From Mesotaenium endlicherianum (taxonomy: Eukaryota): a DNA stretch of 64,000 bases. Below are positions 35,256-50,300 of this stretch, in pieces; within the stretch, counting starts at the first letter, position 1, and each line of letters begins with the position of its first letter. The position numbers were made by a program, and so were the translations under genes. Location: NCBI GenBank assembly GCA_009602735.1, contig WELA01000694.1:394986-458985 (forward strand). The letters run 5' to 3'. The notes beneath the pieces were generated by a model. It was not told the origin of the DNA and made no database searches. It saw only the letters and a program-made list of their open reading frames with translations.

Positions 35256-37379
35256 CATGAGCTGCTCTTGGATAAATATGACTTAGGCAATGCTGTGAGG
35301 TGGAGGTTCCGCAGTAATGACCTTTTTTGCAGTAATGGTAGCAGTGATGCACCACCATCATGTGCTCGAAGGTCAATCCAAAAGCAGAGTGCCTTGCAGA
35401 GCAGTCTTTCAACTATAGTTCACTCACTATACCCTAAGGTCATGGAGCTTGTACAAATTGTCCTAGTATGTATGTGTTGAAGGTGAAGGACCTGTTCCAA
35501 GATTAAAAGACCAGGACATAGACATGTTATATTGAAGGCAAGGTCATATCAACAGTAAAGAAGATTGGAACAAGTGAGCAAGAGTGTCATGTAGGCAACC
35601 ATATAACAAGCTCAGTATATCCTTTACATTAGTGCCACAATAGTATAGCATTGACTTTAGTTGAATGCAAAGTGCGCCTGTTTCTAGCAACGTAGTGGTT
35701 ATGTACAAATGAAGAGGATGGACTAAGTATATCCTTATTTACAGAGCTTTTGTGCACCCATCACTTTTTGCGCTTCCCTAATCTATTGGGTTTACCTACA
35801 CAGGAAGTCGAGTGGAAGTCCCAATCAATGATGTTCTTGTGCGAAAAGTTGGCTTCAATGTCTTGCACAGACATAGCTGAGGGGCTTGGACTATACCCTG
35901 TGCCACTGGTACTTGTCCACCTGGGAGAAGCTGCAGTAGGGAAAGTTGTCAACGTTGCAAGTCCTGAGGATGTACAGGGTTGTGGCTGTGCACCTGGAGA
36001 CCAAGTAATCTGAACATCGAACACATTCAACAAACAGCAGATTACTGCGAGCCAAGCTGGCAGCCAAGTAAAGTTCCCGATAACAGCAATAAGTAACAAT
36101 AGCTGAAACATGGTCATTTGGAATACAAATAATCAGAGGGAAAATGGAGAACAACCCACCCCAACCCACAACATCTCGCCTCTTGTGTGCACAAGATATC
36201 TTACCTAAGACAAAAAAACTCGTACTCTAGGATTGCGTCAAGAATACTGTCAGATCCTGCCTATAGTGCCCGCATACCATCAGCGAAACTGCTTTGAATC
36301 TTGACAGCCTTGTCCAACCTGTGAAGTAATGTATTGTAGTCCTCCCTTGCTTCTTCCAACCGGAAATGTGTTTTAATCATTCTCGTACCAGGTGGTGGAG
36401 TGATTATTTCATCAGCTTTCATACACTCCTTGTGAGCCACAACAAGGCGTTGCATGCGGATAGTACGAGCCCGTAGGTCAATCACAATTTTGTCCATGAA
36501 TCTAGCATACTCTTGTAGTCTTCATATTACGATCTCTAATGCATGATTTAATCCACAAATAGAGACCTATTCCCTCTAACATTCGCAAAGATTCTTCACC
36601 ATATTCCATGACACAGATTGGCGTAAAGCATTAGGATACAAAGGCGGGTCTATGTTTTCATGAAACTAAGTTCCAGTGAAATGCAGCTTACAGAAACTGC
36701 CGAAATAGTTGAAGGCGCAGACAAGAAGTTATATGTTGCAGCTGCAAGACAATACGAAGGGTCGAGGGCAGGTGAGGAAGAGGTTAAAACTTTCATACAT
36801 CTTATTTCGGACTGCAACTTTGGAGGCTCCACAAAGTGCCACCTCGTCGACGTGTGCAATGGCGAGAAGGATTCATACGTATGCCAGAATTACGTGGATG
36901 TCCAAATTTACGAAAAACGTCTTCGATAATCAAACCGACACTATTTACAAAAACCGATAAAATTGATGTTAGGGTAAACACGTACCCAGCCGGACAGACG
37001 TACGGAGTATACTGAATTCTATAGTATGGCAAAAAAGAGGCTGTACGGGCGTATTTTATGACTAGGGAGGCAATCATGTAAGATAGCATAAATGGTGAAT
37101 AACTGTTTATCATGAACGTGAATTTATTCACTTCTAGTACAATTTGGTCGTCCAATACACCAACCAAGCATGCAAGCAAAAACTCATTTGTGATGTGCAC
37201 TCTCAAGTAACACATCATTCTCGTCATCACAATTACAAACGATCAACTTAATGCAAATACTTCTCTATCTTTAGAAAATTACGCTACACTTTATCTTTGT
37301 ACCCAAGTACTATCTTATTCTTGACGACGTCTAATTCAAATGCATTTTAGCTTGGCTAGGCTATCTTACTTAGTCTGAG

Positions 37380-37700
37380 AAGAAATCTACCTACCAATGA
37401 GCATTACCTTTTTCAAAAGATATTTTTAAGTCAACACGTAACCTTTGTGGTTTTTTCTAGTTAACTTGAACTTACGGCACGAGCACAATAGAAGAAATGT
37501 AGCTCATACTCCAAAGGCATGTGCTAGTAAACGAGCATCAATCAAGCAATCAATAAACTCATACACAAGCATGGTGTAAGTTAGCGATTTGTGTTACAGC
37601 TTAAAACCTTAAATTTTGAAGTATTCTCTATAATGTACACAAAGAGTTGGCCTTGTTCCCATACCTAGTTTAAAAGTTTGTATATGGCATACACGTGTGG
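37380..37700 (-). mobile_element. Highly diverged family-A-like LTR relic
   Basis: tgtacacaaagagttggccttgtt and gagcatcaat...aaactcatac are reverse complements of family A LTR segments. Confidence 0.55.
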
Positions 37701-39692
37701 GCGTACAGGTTATCCGTACAGTTTGCGATTGACTGATTCAAATCGGCAAAATTCGCCGAAATACGTTGGTGTCTATTGTTTGAACCGTTTTTTGTTTTTC
37801 AAACGTGTGTGGCCCTAGCGCGAGCCTTTTAGAAGTTTCTTCATTCGGTCCGTCAGAGTCCAGTCATTGCGTCACGGAACATCGTCGTGGCACTAGTTGA
37901 GCTGACGGCTGTGCTGAGAACGTCGTGCCTTCGTATCTTAGCAGCCGGCCATGTCTGGATTCAACACTTCAAAAAGATGAACCTAGCGGGAAAGGAAACC
38001 AAAAGTTAGTTCTTGTATTTCCTTCCCGCTCCACCAAAAATGTGTTGTTCTAACTTTGTTACTCGAGTAACGAATAGGATACGTATTCTGCCACACTTAT
38101 TTGTCCCCTATCCAATCACAGCAGCAAGGGAGTTGGTTACAACAGCATTAGTGGTAGTACTGACAAGCCGCGTATGAAGGCATCTGGTAAGGAGTCTCAG
38201 CCGAAACTCATATCTCATGTTAAACGCTGTATCTACTACTGCTTTATGCATTCGAAGGTCCACACTCTTACTTAGCTCTTCTCATATCCTGCAATGTCTG
38301 AACAGGACGTAGACGACACTTCTTCAAGTCAATTCGATGACGAGGAGGAATGTGAGCTAGTTAATCCTTGCAGCATTTCTCGCTTGACATTGGTAATGAA
38401 TCAGTATATTGGTAGATATAATATTCATTTAAAAACACTAGTTAAGTAAGTTCAGCCTGTTGAACTTTAGTCAACATTCAGTCTGCTAGACTTTATATAA
38501 TTATCAGTTTAATGACTCAGCCCAGAGCAGCAAGCTGAAGTCAACTTAAGTCAGCTTGCTGACACATTCTTTGACAGCCAGCAGACTTCCGTACTCGGTA
38601 GCAGCGAATTGCCTAGACATGCGTCTAAGTGGGATATGCTAGATGAATGGCCAGATGACATCCTTATGATGGATGGCGATTCGAGATGATAGGAGATGGT
38701 GGTGGATTTGGTTAATCGAGGTCCTGCCAACGTGTTTAACTCCCGGGTAGGCGGTGCCATCGCACTTGCCGTTGAACAATAAACTCATTCCATGTACATA
38801 TGCTAGGTATTGCTCTCAAGTTTGGCTTTCGGAAACGAGGCGAACTCTCTTGTACAGCTTACTGCGAGATATCTGAATCAAAGGCGAGAAGCGGTTGATA
38901 TGCACGGTCTTCTAGCCTTGCTTATGTATGAGCTTACTGATTGCATTATTGATGCTAGTTTACTTGCATTCGACTTGCGAGTATTGTCCACTGCTAGTGT
39001 GTTGTCTTTTGCTGTTTGATCAATTAACAGAATATACCATAAAGATTACTTGCTGATATGAAGATTTTCATTAATTATAAATCGCATTTTTAGTAAGTCA
39101 ATTCATATCAGTGGTATCGGAGCCGTTATCACAGTCTTCTTTGTATGGTAAGGACAAGGTCTCAAACTAGCAACTCCCGAGACATGGAGAACCAGGATAA
39201 CGAGAATGTCAAAAACCAGGCTTAAAGCCATGTAGCGGGAACTCGCACTTATTCTGAAGCAGTGGCAGATATTGCAGCTAGAGAGGCTGCAGATGAGGCA
39301 GCTGCTATTGCTGCAGTTGCAGCACAGCAGGTTGAGGAAGAGAGAGTCAAATTAGAAGCGTAACGATTAGCAAAAGCTACTGCAGATGCAGAAAGGAGGA
39401 AAGGGCAGCCAGCGGACGAGCGCACGGTCGAAGAACTTATGGCAGCAAGGGCCAATGTTCTGAACCCACCTCCTGCCGTACAACTCAATGTGCCTCTAGG
39501 TCAAATTCATGAGCGGTTGAATGCGGCAGGAATTGCTGCCGCAGGAGCAAGAGGAATTGTTGAGGACACTACTCAGCGAGTGGATGCCACTGCTGCTACT
39601 GCATTTGCTGGACTCCCACCTCCGAGTGTAGATTTGGGAGCATAAATTGTGCAAATGCAATCGCAAATGGCGAGCATGTATCAGTCCCAATA

Positions 39693-40612
39693 TGTAACGA
39701 TCTGAACTTTTTAGGCGTATTTGGGACGTTTCCCGGATGACCTAAAATACGTTATACTATTTATCATACATTATTTGATAAACGATTGCATCACATTGAA
39801 TTATTCGCCACACGCGTGTGCCGATTAATTCGCGGTCGATTGGCGAAACGAGCGAGATACTATTGCGAAATGCGTCGTAACGTAATTCGACTACTTCGCA
39901 AAAGTAGGACATAATTACTCATAAAGTTACTTTGATTAATTAGGAGATGATAACTTCATTAATCATTGTTTGATTAAGTTATTTTGATTGTCATTATTTT
40001 GGATAATGCACAGTCACAAATTTTGGATTTACGACCAGTTGTTAATACAAACAGTCGTAAAAGTCAAACGACACATACTATGCAAAGCGACTTTGCATCT
40101 GAGCGGATTCGAACCCGCGGCCTGTCGTTAGAAACGTTCACACCTAACCGATTGGCAAAGTAGTTTTTATTACTACCAATTCATGTTGAAAAGCATGTGT
40201 GCGCAACTCCGCGAACAGTCGCAACTTTCCGGAAAGTCGCGAGAACGCGAAAACGCCCGTTTGGCGCGAAACGATTTTTCGGAAATCGTCGAAAAGTCTC
40301 CATTTGGCCAAACAGCGCGTTTTGAGCATTCAGCCGAAATGGGTCGTACCCCTTCGCCTGTTTTCGTTGACATGAACCAGTGCCCTAAGTGGTGACTCGA
40401 AGCACTCCAGTGCCTCACGTCGAGCTGGTATAAATACTTGCAGAGTCATTGTGAGTGCAACTCTCACAAACACACATTCTACGTTAGTTTTCATTTTCGC
40501 TTTCTCGAGGATTTGTCAATTGGCACAAGTATATACATTATCTTCCCACTTCATTTAAGAAGTATTCCTTGAATACCGAGAAAAGATCCTCTTGAAAAGC
40601 AAAAACGTTACA
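39693..40612. mobile_element. Solo LTR (family C, 920 bp) inserted in the A2 gag
   Basis: Ends tgtaacg...cgttaca; TSD caata/caaca (one mismatch); gag resumes exactly after it; TATAAATA near 40428. Confidence 0.85.
40094..40165 (-). pseudogene. Degenerate tRNA-like segment (Arg-UCU-like) within the solo LTR
   Basis: Minus strand reads gccaatcggttaggt (D-arm-like), tttctaa (anticodon loop-like) and ggttcgaatcc (B box); the acceptor stem does not pair. Confidence 0.5.
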
Positions 40613-43600
40613 CAACAGGAGGACAAAAGAATCATAATGTCTTTGCTGCGTGACAGAGACCAACTGGGTTCTCATACCACTGGAGATGGTGGCAGAGAGC
40701 CCAGTAAGCCTAAGCCAAAGCCTCCCAATGACTATAATCCTGAGGGAAACAAAAAGTAATACCTGATCAAGTTTCTCGCTGATGTTGAGTAGTGGCTGGA
40801 GAACTACCCAAAACTGAAGGATTACGAGAAGTTCAGGCACACTGGTGCTTTACTAAAAGGCAGTGCAGCAGACTGCTGGCTGTATTGGAGAAAAGAGCGT
40901 AAGGCTCAACAACTTGGTGACCCTACTTTAGTAGAGTTTGTCAAGAAGCTGCATGAGAAGTTTGGTGTCATCAATCAGCAGGAAAAAGCTATTTATGCAA
41001 TGATCTCCTTGACACTGAAGCAGACCACTTCAGTTGCTGAGTTTGCTCAAAAGTTCCAGGAAAACATGATGAAGCAGCCAGACTTGCCAGAGCGATATAG
41101 GATAGCATACTTCAGGTATGGCTTGAAATATGAAGTCTCTGGTCATTTTGCTGAAAAGAAGTATGAGAAATTGGCTGACATGATCCAGGACGCTGATGCC
41201 TGGGATGAGCAGCAGTTTAATCACAAGCGCCAGAGTAATGCTTTGGTGTCTAAGATTGTCAAAAAGCTCCACGATTCCTACAATACAACTGAAGGAGACC
41301 AGGTTGAGGATGATCAGGGTGATGAGTATGAGTATGAGTATAATGCTATGCAATCTAGAGGGAGAGGTAGTTACTCTCGAGGTGGCTATGGAAGAGGTGG
41401 TGGTAGGACTAAGCCGAGACCAGCCTCAGCAAAATCTATTTGCTTCCATTGCCAACAGCTGGGTCACTACAAAGAGCATTGTCCAGTCAAGCACCTTCCA
41501 AAGGTCGAGAGAAAGGACCAGCCTTTAAAAGGCAGCAACAACCAATAATGCGGATGTGTGTTGATTACAGAGCTCTCAACAAAATTACAGTAAAGAACAA
41601 GTATGCTTTACTCAGAATCAAGCACTTGCTTGATAGCCTGTCTGGTGCTAGAGTGTTCAGTAAGATAGATTTGAAGAATGGGTATCATCAAATTAGAATT
41701 GCTAAGGGGGACGAACACAAGACTGCTTTTGCACACGTTGTGGACACTATGAGTTTAATGTGATGCCATTTGGATTGACTAATGCTCTTGCAACCTTCAT
41801 GGGTGCTATGAATGACATTTTTAGACCTTACTTAGATAAGTTTGTGCAAGTCTTCTTGGATGATGTTTTAATTTTCCTTAATGATAAAGCTCAGCATGCT
41901 GAGCATTTAAAGACAGTCAAGGACACTCTGAGAAGAAATCAGTTATATGCTAACATGAGCAAGTGTGATTTATTTAAGATTTTTTTTGAATTCTTAGGCC
42001 ACATCGTCAGTAAAGAAGACATCAGTGTGGATCCTAAGATAGTCCAGACCACAAGGGACTGGCCAGTACCACAGTCAGTCTCGGAAGTTAGATTTCTTCC
42101 TTGGGTTGGCTAACTACTATAGGAGATTTATTGAAAATTATTCTACAAAGGCCAGTAAACTGACTGACCTTACTAAGAAAGACATAGGGTAGTGTGGGGG
42201 GAAGAGCAGCAAGCTGCCTTCTAGACCCGTAAAGATGCTCTCTATTTTGCCCCAATCTTAGCCGTGTATGACCCCTACAAACCCGTGCGAGTGGTTACTG
42301 ATGCTTTTGACTTTGCCATGGGTGCTATTTTGTTGCAGCCTGCGGACAAAGCCACAAAGGATGGTAAGGTAAAGCAGGATTGGCACCCTGTGCTGTATGA
42401 GTCTATGAAATTCAATCCATGTAGTAGTGGATAAACTGACAAAAATGGTCATTTTCATCCCCACCACTGTCAAAGTGATTGCACTCGAAATTGCAAGACA
42501 ATTCTACAACCATGTAGTATGCCAACATGGGCTCCCCTCGAATATTATCTCAGATCGAGACTCAAAATTAACCTCTAAGTTCTGGAGAGCTTTAATGGGG
42601 TTAATGGGAGTCAAATTACTGCTCAGCACAGCTAACCACCCTCAGACTGATGGGCAGACTGAACGAACTAACAGAGTTCTGCAAGAGGTACTGAGAGCAT
42701 ATATTAACCAAAAATAAAATAATTGGGATGACTTGTTGCCTCAAATTCATTATGCGATCAACATTGCGGTGCACGCGTCAACGGGAAGGACTCCTTTTGA
42801 ACTCAGTCTGGGCAGAGTCCATAAGTCTCCGTTAGATGTGCTAGGGGAGTCCTCAACTCACCCTGAGGGGATTGACAGTTTGGTGTCTCTTCAATTAACT
42901 CAAGAGTTTACTGACACGCTGTCAAAAGTCCAATGCATTCCGCACAAAGCATAAGAAACTCAACAAACATACGCTAATCAACACCGTCGAGAGCTGACAT
43001 TTTCAAAGGAGGATTTGGTCAAACCGCATTCTCAACACCTGTACCTGCCTGGGGTGGGTCTCGCTGTTAGGGGTGGTGACCCTGAGGAATATGAGGTCGC
43101 GGAGATTTTGGACGCTTGCTCTATTCGTCGATCATCTAAATATGTCATGAATTATCTGGTCAGATGGAAGGGTTACGATGCCTCTGGGGATACTCGGGAA
43201 TTTAAGGACCATTTGACCAATGCTAAAGGGGCGCTGAAACGGTTCCACCTTCGGGCGGCTGAGGCACCTCCCTAACTGTCATTTCAGTTGGCATGGGAAG
43301 GTGACAAGAGGTCTTGTCTCCATTTAAGTTGGAGGAAAAATGTGCCAATAAATGACAGTTAGTGTGCGAGAAAGGGACAATTTATGCCAATAAGGTGTCA
43401 ACATAGTGACAGATGTGACAGCCAGGTCCACATTAAGATGGCCGAATGAAAAAGGGACTTGCACATCAACACGTCATTTAACTCACCCTGCACACACATT
43501 CATCCGCACTACAGCTCCGTTAGCACCTGGTAACCACCCTGTAAGGTAAACAAGAACAAACCCACCATAATAATACAAACTTAATTCTCCGTCTGCAACT

Positions 43601-44318
43601 TCTGTGACCAAGATCGAGATCCTCCTAACTTGTGCCCTGCTGACATGTGCAAGATGGCTTCCACCACACAAAAGAAAGACAGAAAGCGCAAGGAAGAAGA
43701 AGCCAGGAGGACAATGGAGCAATACTAGAAAGAGCTGGCGGCAATGTCCGTCACCAGGAGAGAACAAGAAAGGGTCCGCAGACAACAAGAGGCGGCAGAG
43801 GAAGCACAGAGGAAGGAGCAAGAGGCAGGAAACCTCAGGAAAGTGGGGGAGGAGAGACGTAAGAAACAACAAGAAGAAGCGGCGGCAGTAGAGGAGGAGA
43901 GAAGGAAGAATGTTGAAGCTGAGAAGCAAAAGAGCCTGGCGACTTACACATATTCTGTGGTGGGTGGCCAAGCCTTTGATAACCTGAAGAAAGCATTACT
44001 GGCAGCCCAAGAGATCAACAAGCTGGAAGAGACAACATTTCTACAAAAAGAAGGAATTGAAGCATTGGATAGGTACATTGAGACACACACTGGTGTGGTC
44101 CTCTACGAAGTTTATGCCAAGATGGTGGGCTATACAGCAGAGCAAGCTCGATACCTTGCAGTTGATTCGGAGAACAAGCCTGTTCTAGGACCTGGACTAG
44201 TGGGAGATCAGAGACTCATCAGGATGGTGAGCATGCAGCCCAATATCTTTAAAGATACGGTATTCTACCTGACACTGCTGCCAGCTTACAATGAGGTTGA
44301 GCGGAGGAGTTGGGAGTA

Positions 44319-47300
44319 GGTAATTAATCAGTATATTAGTAGATATAGTATGCATTTAAACATAATAGCTATTTGAGTTCAGCCTACTGAACTCTAGTTG
44401 ATAATCAATCTGCTGGACTTTATATTTAATATCAGCTTAATGACTCAGCAGGAAGCAGCAGGCTGAAGCCAACTTAAGTCAGCTTGCTGACACATTCTTT
44501 GACAGCCAGCTGACTTCCGTACTCGACAGCGGCGAACTGCCTCGATATGCATCTAAGTATGATATGCTAGATGAATGGCCAGATGACATCCCTATGATGG
44601 ATGGCTATTCGGGATGATGAGAGATGGCGGTGGATTTGGTTAACCGAGGTCCTACCAACGTGGTTAACTCCCGGGTAGGCGGTGCCATCGCACTGGGCGT
44701 TGAACAGTAAACTCATTCCATGTACATATGCTAGGCATTGCTCTCGAGTTCGGCATTCGGAAACGAGGCCAACTCTCTTGTACTGCTTACTGAGAGAAAC
44801 CTGAATCCAAGGCGAGAAGCCAATGATACGCACTGTCTTCCAACCTTGCTTATGTACGAGTCTACTGATTGCATTATTGATGCTAGTTTACTTGCATTTG
44901 ACTTACGAGTATTATTCACTGCTAGTGTGTTGTCCTTTGCTGTTAAATCAATTAACGAAAAATACCATAAAGCTTACTTGCTGATATAAAGATCTTCATT
45001 AATTGTTAATCGCCTATTTGGTAAGTCAATTCATTTCAGTGGTATCGGAGCAGTTATCACAGTCTTCTTTGTATGGTAAGGACAAGGTCTCAAACTAGCA
45101 ACTCCCGAGACATGGAGAACCAGGATAACGAGAAAGTCGAAAACCAGGCGGAAAGCCATGTAGCGGGAACCCGTACCTATTCTGCAGCAGTGGCAGATAC
45201 TGCAGCTACACAGGCTGCAGATGAGGCAGCTGCTATTGCCGCAGTCGCAGCACAGCAAGCTGAGGAGGAGAGACCCAGATTAGAAGCTGAACAATTAGCA
45301 AAGGCTGCTGAAGATACAGAAAGAAGGGAGGGACAGCCAGCTGACAAGCGCGCTGTTGAAGAACTTATGGCATCCAGGGCCAATGTTCTGAACCCACGTC
45401 CTGCTTTACAACTCAATATACCCCTAGGTCAAATACGTGACCGGCTGAATGCGGCAGGTATTGCTGCTGCAGGAGCAAGAGGGATTGTTGAGGACACTAC
45501 TCAGTCAGTAGATGCCAATGCTACTGCTGCATTTGCCAGACTACCACCCAAGAGTGTAGACATGGGAGCATTGTTCGTTCAAATGCAGTCGCAAATGGCG
45601 ACCATGTATCAGTCTTAACAGGAGGACAAAATAATCATAATGTCTCTACTGCGGGACAGAGACCAACTGGGTCCTCTAACCACTGGTGGTGGTGGCAGAG
45701 GGCCTAGTAAGCCCAAGCCGAAACCTCCCCAGGACTATGATCCTGAGGGAAACAGAAAATATACCTGATCAAGTTTCTCGCGGATGTTGAGCAGTGGCTG
45801 GAGAACTACCCAGAACTGCAAGATTACAAGAAGGTCAGGCACACCAATGCGCTACTGAAAGGCAGTGCCGCAGACTGGTGGCTTTACTGGAAAGGAGAGC
45901 GTAAGGCTCAGCAACTCGGTGACCCTACGTGGGTAGAGTTTGTCGAGAAGTTGCATGAGAAGTTTGATGTCATCAACCAGCAGGAGAAAGCTATCTATGC
46001 GATGATCTCCCTGACACTGAAGCAGACCACTTCAGTTGCTGAGTTTGCTCAAAAGTTCCAAGAGAACATGATGAAGCAGCCNCTCAAAAGTTCCAAGAGA
46101 ACATGATGAAACAGCCAGACTTGCCAGAACGATATAGGATAGCATACTTCAAGTATGACTTGAAATCTGAAGTCTCTGGTCATTTTGCGGTGAAGAAGTA
46201 TGAAACTGGCTGACTTGATCCAGGATGCTGATGCCTGGGATCAGCAACAGTTCAATCACAAGCGCCAGAGTAATGCTTTGGTGTCTAAGGTTGTCAAAGC
46301 CCCACGGTTCCTACAATGCAATTGAAGGACACCAGGCTGAGGATTAAGCCGAGACCAGCCTCAGCAAAATCGATTTGCTTCCATTACCAGCAGCTAGGTC
46401 ACTTCAGAGGGCATTTGTTGACGGAGGGGCGTCACATACTTTTATCCACAAGGACTTAGGTAAGCGGCTAAGGCTCCCTACTGTCACCCAAGGAAATAGA
46501 AAAATATTCCTTGGAGATGCCTCAAGTATCCCGAGAGGAGTTATGTCCAAGCCTATTGAGGTACAGTTAGGTTCTGGCATTGCAGTTCTAACTGAAACGC
46601 TTACATTTGAGGTACTCAACACTGGCTTTTATGATCTCGTGCTAGGCAGGTCCTGGCTTAATAGACATCAAGCTGAAGTGTGTTGGAGCAGAGGTACAGT
46701 TAAAGTGAGAGGAGCCAGTGATGGGCAGACTGACTTGGCACCCACCAGTGCTCTTCCTCTTGTCCTGTGTGGATGGCAGCTGAAGGAAAAGAAGAGGCTT
46801 CCAGAAGGATGCAAGTTGTTGAATGCAATGGAGTTCGTCAAAAGCTGGAACCAGAATGGAGATAGAATGTTCTGTCTGCTGCTAAGAGAGGTACCTCCTC
46901 AACCTGAAGAAGTGGTGGAGAAAAAGGTAAGCCCTCCGGAGCTACCTGCTGCTGCAAAAATTGTTGCTCAGTACACGGATGTATGTAATATGCCTCCAGG
47001 ACTACCCCCGAAAAGAGAAGTAGATCATAGGATTGATTCACTACCTGGGAGTCAACCACCCTGGCAATGCACTTATGGCTTGTCTTATGTGGAGAGTGAG
47101 GAGTCGAAAACACAGATTGCAGAGCTTAAAGAATATGGTTATATCTCTCCCACTAAATCACCTTACGGCGTACCCATCCTATTTGTTAAGAACAAGGATG
47201 GCAGTATGCGGATGTGTGTGGATTACAGAGCTCTGAACAGAATTACAATAAAGAACAAGTATGCTTTACCCAGAATCGAGAACTTGCTTGTTACCCTGTC

Positions 47301-50300
47301 TGGTGCTAAGGTGTTTAGTAAGATTGATCTTAAGAGTGGTTATCATCAAATCAGAATTGCTGAGGGGGATGAACACAAGACTGCCTTCCGCACACGTTAT
47401 GGACACTATGAGTTCAACGTGATGCCATTTGGACTGACTAATGCTCCTGCGACCTTCATGGGTGCTATGAATGACATTTTCAGACCTTATTTGGATAAGT
47501 TTGTGCAGGTTTTCCTAGACGATATTTTAATTTTTTCTAAAGATGAAGCTCAGCACACGGAACACTAAAAAACAGTCACGGACACGCTGAGAAGAAATCA
47601 CTTATATGCTAAAATGAGCAAGTGTGATTTCTTTAAAGAAAGTATTGAATTCTTACGTCATGTTGTCAATAAAGAAGGCATCAGTGTGGATCCTAAGAAA
47701 GTCCGAACCATAAGGGACTGGCCAGTACCCCAGTCTGTCTATGAAGTTAACTCCGTCCTCGGGTTGGCTAACTACTATAAGAGATTCATTGAGAATCATT
47801 TTACAAAGGCCAGTAAAATGACTGACCTTACTAAGAAAGACATAGGGTATGTGTGGGGGGAAGAGCAGCAACCTGCCTTCCAACCCCTTAAAGATGCTCT
47901 TCGTTCTGCCCCAGTGCTAGCCGTGTATGACCCCAGCAAACCAGTGCAGGTGGTTATTGATGCCTCTGACTTTGCCATGGACGCTATTTTGTTGCAGCCT
48001 AGTGACAAAATCGCAAAGGATGGTAAGGTACGGCAGGAGTGGCATCCTGTATTGTATGAGTCTAGGAAATTTAACCCTGCCGAGATTAATTAATCAGTGC
48101 ATGATAAAGAGCTGCTAGCTATCATTCATGTACTCAAACAGTGGAGAGCATACTTACATGGTAAAGCTTTAAGGTGATTACAGATCATCTAGCTCTGACT
48201 CACTTTCAGAAGAAGTCCAAGCTGTCAAGGAGGGAGAACCGCTGGAGCCAGATGCTGGAGCAATTTCAAGTCCAGATTGACTCCAAACCAGGGAAATTGA
48301 ATCCTGCTGATGCACTCTCTAGAATACCTGACTTGCAAGAAAGAAACCTTAGTCAGCATGCTGTAGATAAAGTCCTGTGTGCACTCACTTCACTAAAGGT
48401 GAAAAAGTCATTCCTTGAACAACTTAGGAAAGCCTACCTTTCTGACCCAACATTTGAGCCCAGCCCCACTACCGGTATGTGTCGTGCTACTGCACTCGGG
48501 TATAAGCTTAAGGGAGGGGTCTGGGTGACTGAAACCACTTCAGGCAGGCTGAAGCTGGTCGTTTCTAATAACGTGGAAATAAGGTCCCTTTTACTAAGTC
48601 AAGCACATGACAGTTTACTGGGTGGGCATTTGGGGCAGGCCAAAACTGTTGGCAAACTGGCAAAACATTATCATTGGGAGAAATTACCTCGGGAGGTCTT
48701 GAAATACGTTAAGTCCTGTGACCAGTGTCAAAAGAATAAGTCTAGGCACACACAACCGGGGGGCCTCTTACAACCGCTGCCCATCCCAGCTGGCCGCTGG
48801 GAAACAATATCCATGGACTGGGTGGTCACACTGCCACGAACTGCCAATGGGCATGATTCGATACTGGTAGTCGTGGATAAATTGACAAAAATGGTCATTT
48901 TCATCCCCACAACTGTCAAAGTAACTGCACTCGAAACAGCGAGACAGTTCTACAACCATGTAGTATGCCAATATGGGCTACCCTCTAACAGGTCGGTTAC
49001 TTGTCCAACCGGGACCGGTCCCCGCTGTCCGAGAAGGCGACCCTGAGGAATATGAGGTTGAGGAGATTTTAGACGTGCGCTCGGTCCGTCGATCGTCTAA
49101 ATATGTCATGAAGTACCTCATTCAATGGAAGGGTTACGATGCCTCTGGGGACACTTGGGAATTTAAAGACCATTTGACTAATGCCAAAGGACAGTTAGTG
49201 TGCGAGAGCGAGAAAGTGATAGTTATGTGAACCCTAAGTGTCAGCATAGTGACATAGGGGACAGCCTGGCCCACATAAAGCACCTTTAGCTGAAGGAAAA
49301 AGGGCCTCGCACAGCCATACATCACTTAACACACCTGAAAACACATTCATACGTTTATGTCTAGCGCACCGCAACTACGTCAACTCCTAGCAATCACCCT
49401 GTAAGGTAAACAGGAACGAATATACCATACTAATACAAACCCACTCCCCTCCTGCAACTTCTAGGACAAAGGTCGATATCCTAGTAACTTGTGCCCTGGT
49501 TACATGTGCAGGATGGCTCCCACCACACAAAAGGAGGACAGAAAGCGCAAGGCAGAAGAAGCCAGGAGGACAATGGAGCAATACCAGAAGGAGCTGGCGG
49601 CGACGTCCCTCACCAGGAGAGAACAAGAAAAGGTCCGCNAGGTCCGCAAACAACAGGAGGCGGCAGAAGAAGCATAATGGAAGAAGGATCAGGAAGCAGA
49701 AAACCTCAGGAAAGCTGAGGAGGAGAGACAGAAGAAACAACAAGAAGAAGCGGCAGCGGCAGAGGAGGAGAGAAGGAAAAAGATTGAAGCGGACAGACAG
49801 AAGAGCTTGGCCACTTACAGGTATACTGTGGTGGATGGCCAAAACTTTGATAACCTGAAAATAGCATTGCTGGCAGCCCAAGAGATCAACAAGCTGCAAC
49901 AGACAACATTCCTACAGAGGGAAGGGACTGCAGCACTGGATAGGTACATTGAGACACACACTAGTGTGGTCCTCTACGAGGATTATGCCAAGATGATGGG
50001 CTATACAGCAGAGCAGGCCCGGTACCTTGCTGATGATTCAGAGAACAAGCCAGTCCCAGTATCGGGAATAGTGGGAGATCAAAGACTCATTAGTATGGTG
50101 AGCATGCGGCCCGATAGCTTTAAGGATACGGTATTCTACCTCACACTATTGCCAGCTTACAATGAAGTTGAAAGAAGGAGCTGGGAGTACTTGGCCAGGG
50201 AAGCGGGACAGCAGGTGTTCTCTCCCCACTGGTTCCCATGTAAACTGAGAAACGCTGAGCATGGACCCCAGTACTACCAGCAGCCAACAGACTGGAGGTG

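Larger units (their letters stand above)
38392..44318 (+). mobile_element. Decayed family A copy A2, 5' part (LTR 38392-39110, PBS, gag, internally deleted pol, first half of ORF3)
   Basis: Colinear with A1; deletions at ~41548 (protease lost), ~42420 and ~43057; stop codons. Confidence 0.92.

Noticed and set aside
35500..37300. Short ORFs on both strands as genes
   Set aside because: No recognisable motifs or consistent exon structure; left unassigned.
46049..46120. Short tandem duplications or frame breaks around single N bases (46082, 49639, 52562, 54245)
   Set aside because: These look like contig-join artefacts; frame breaks there are not biological evidence.
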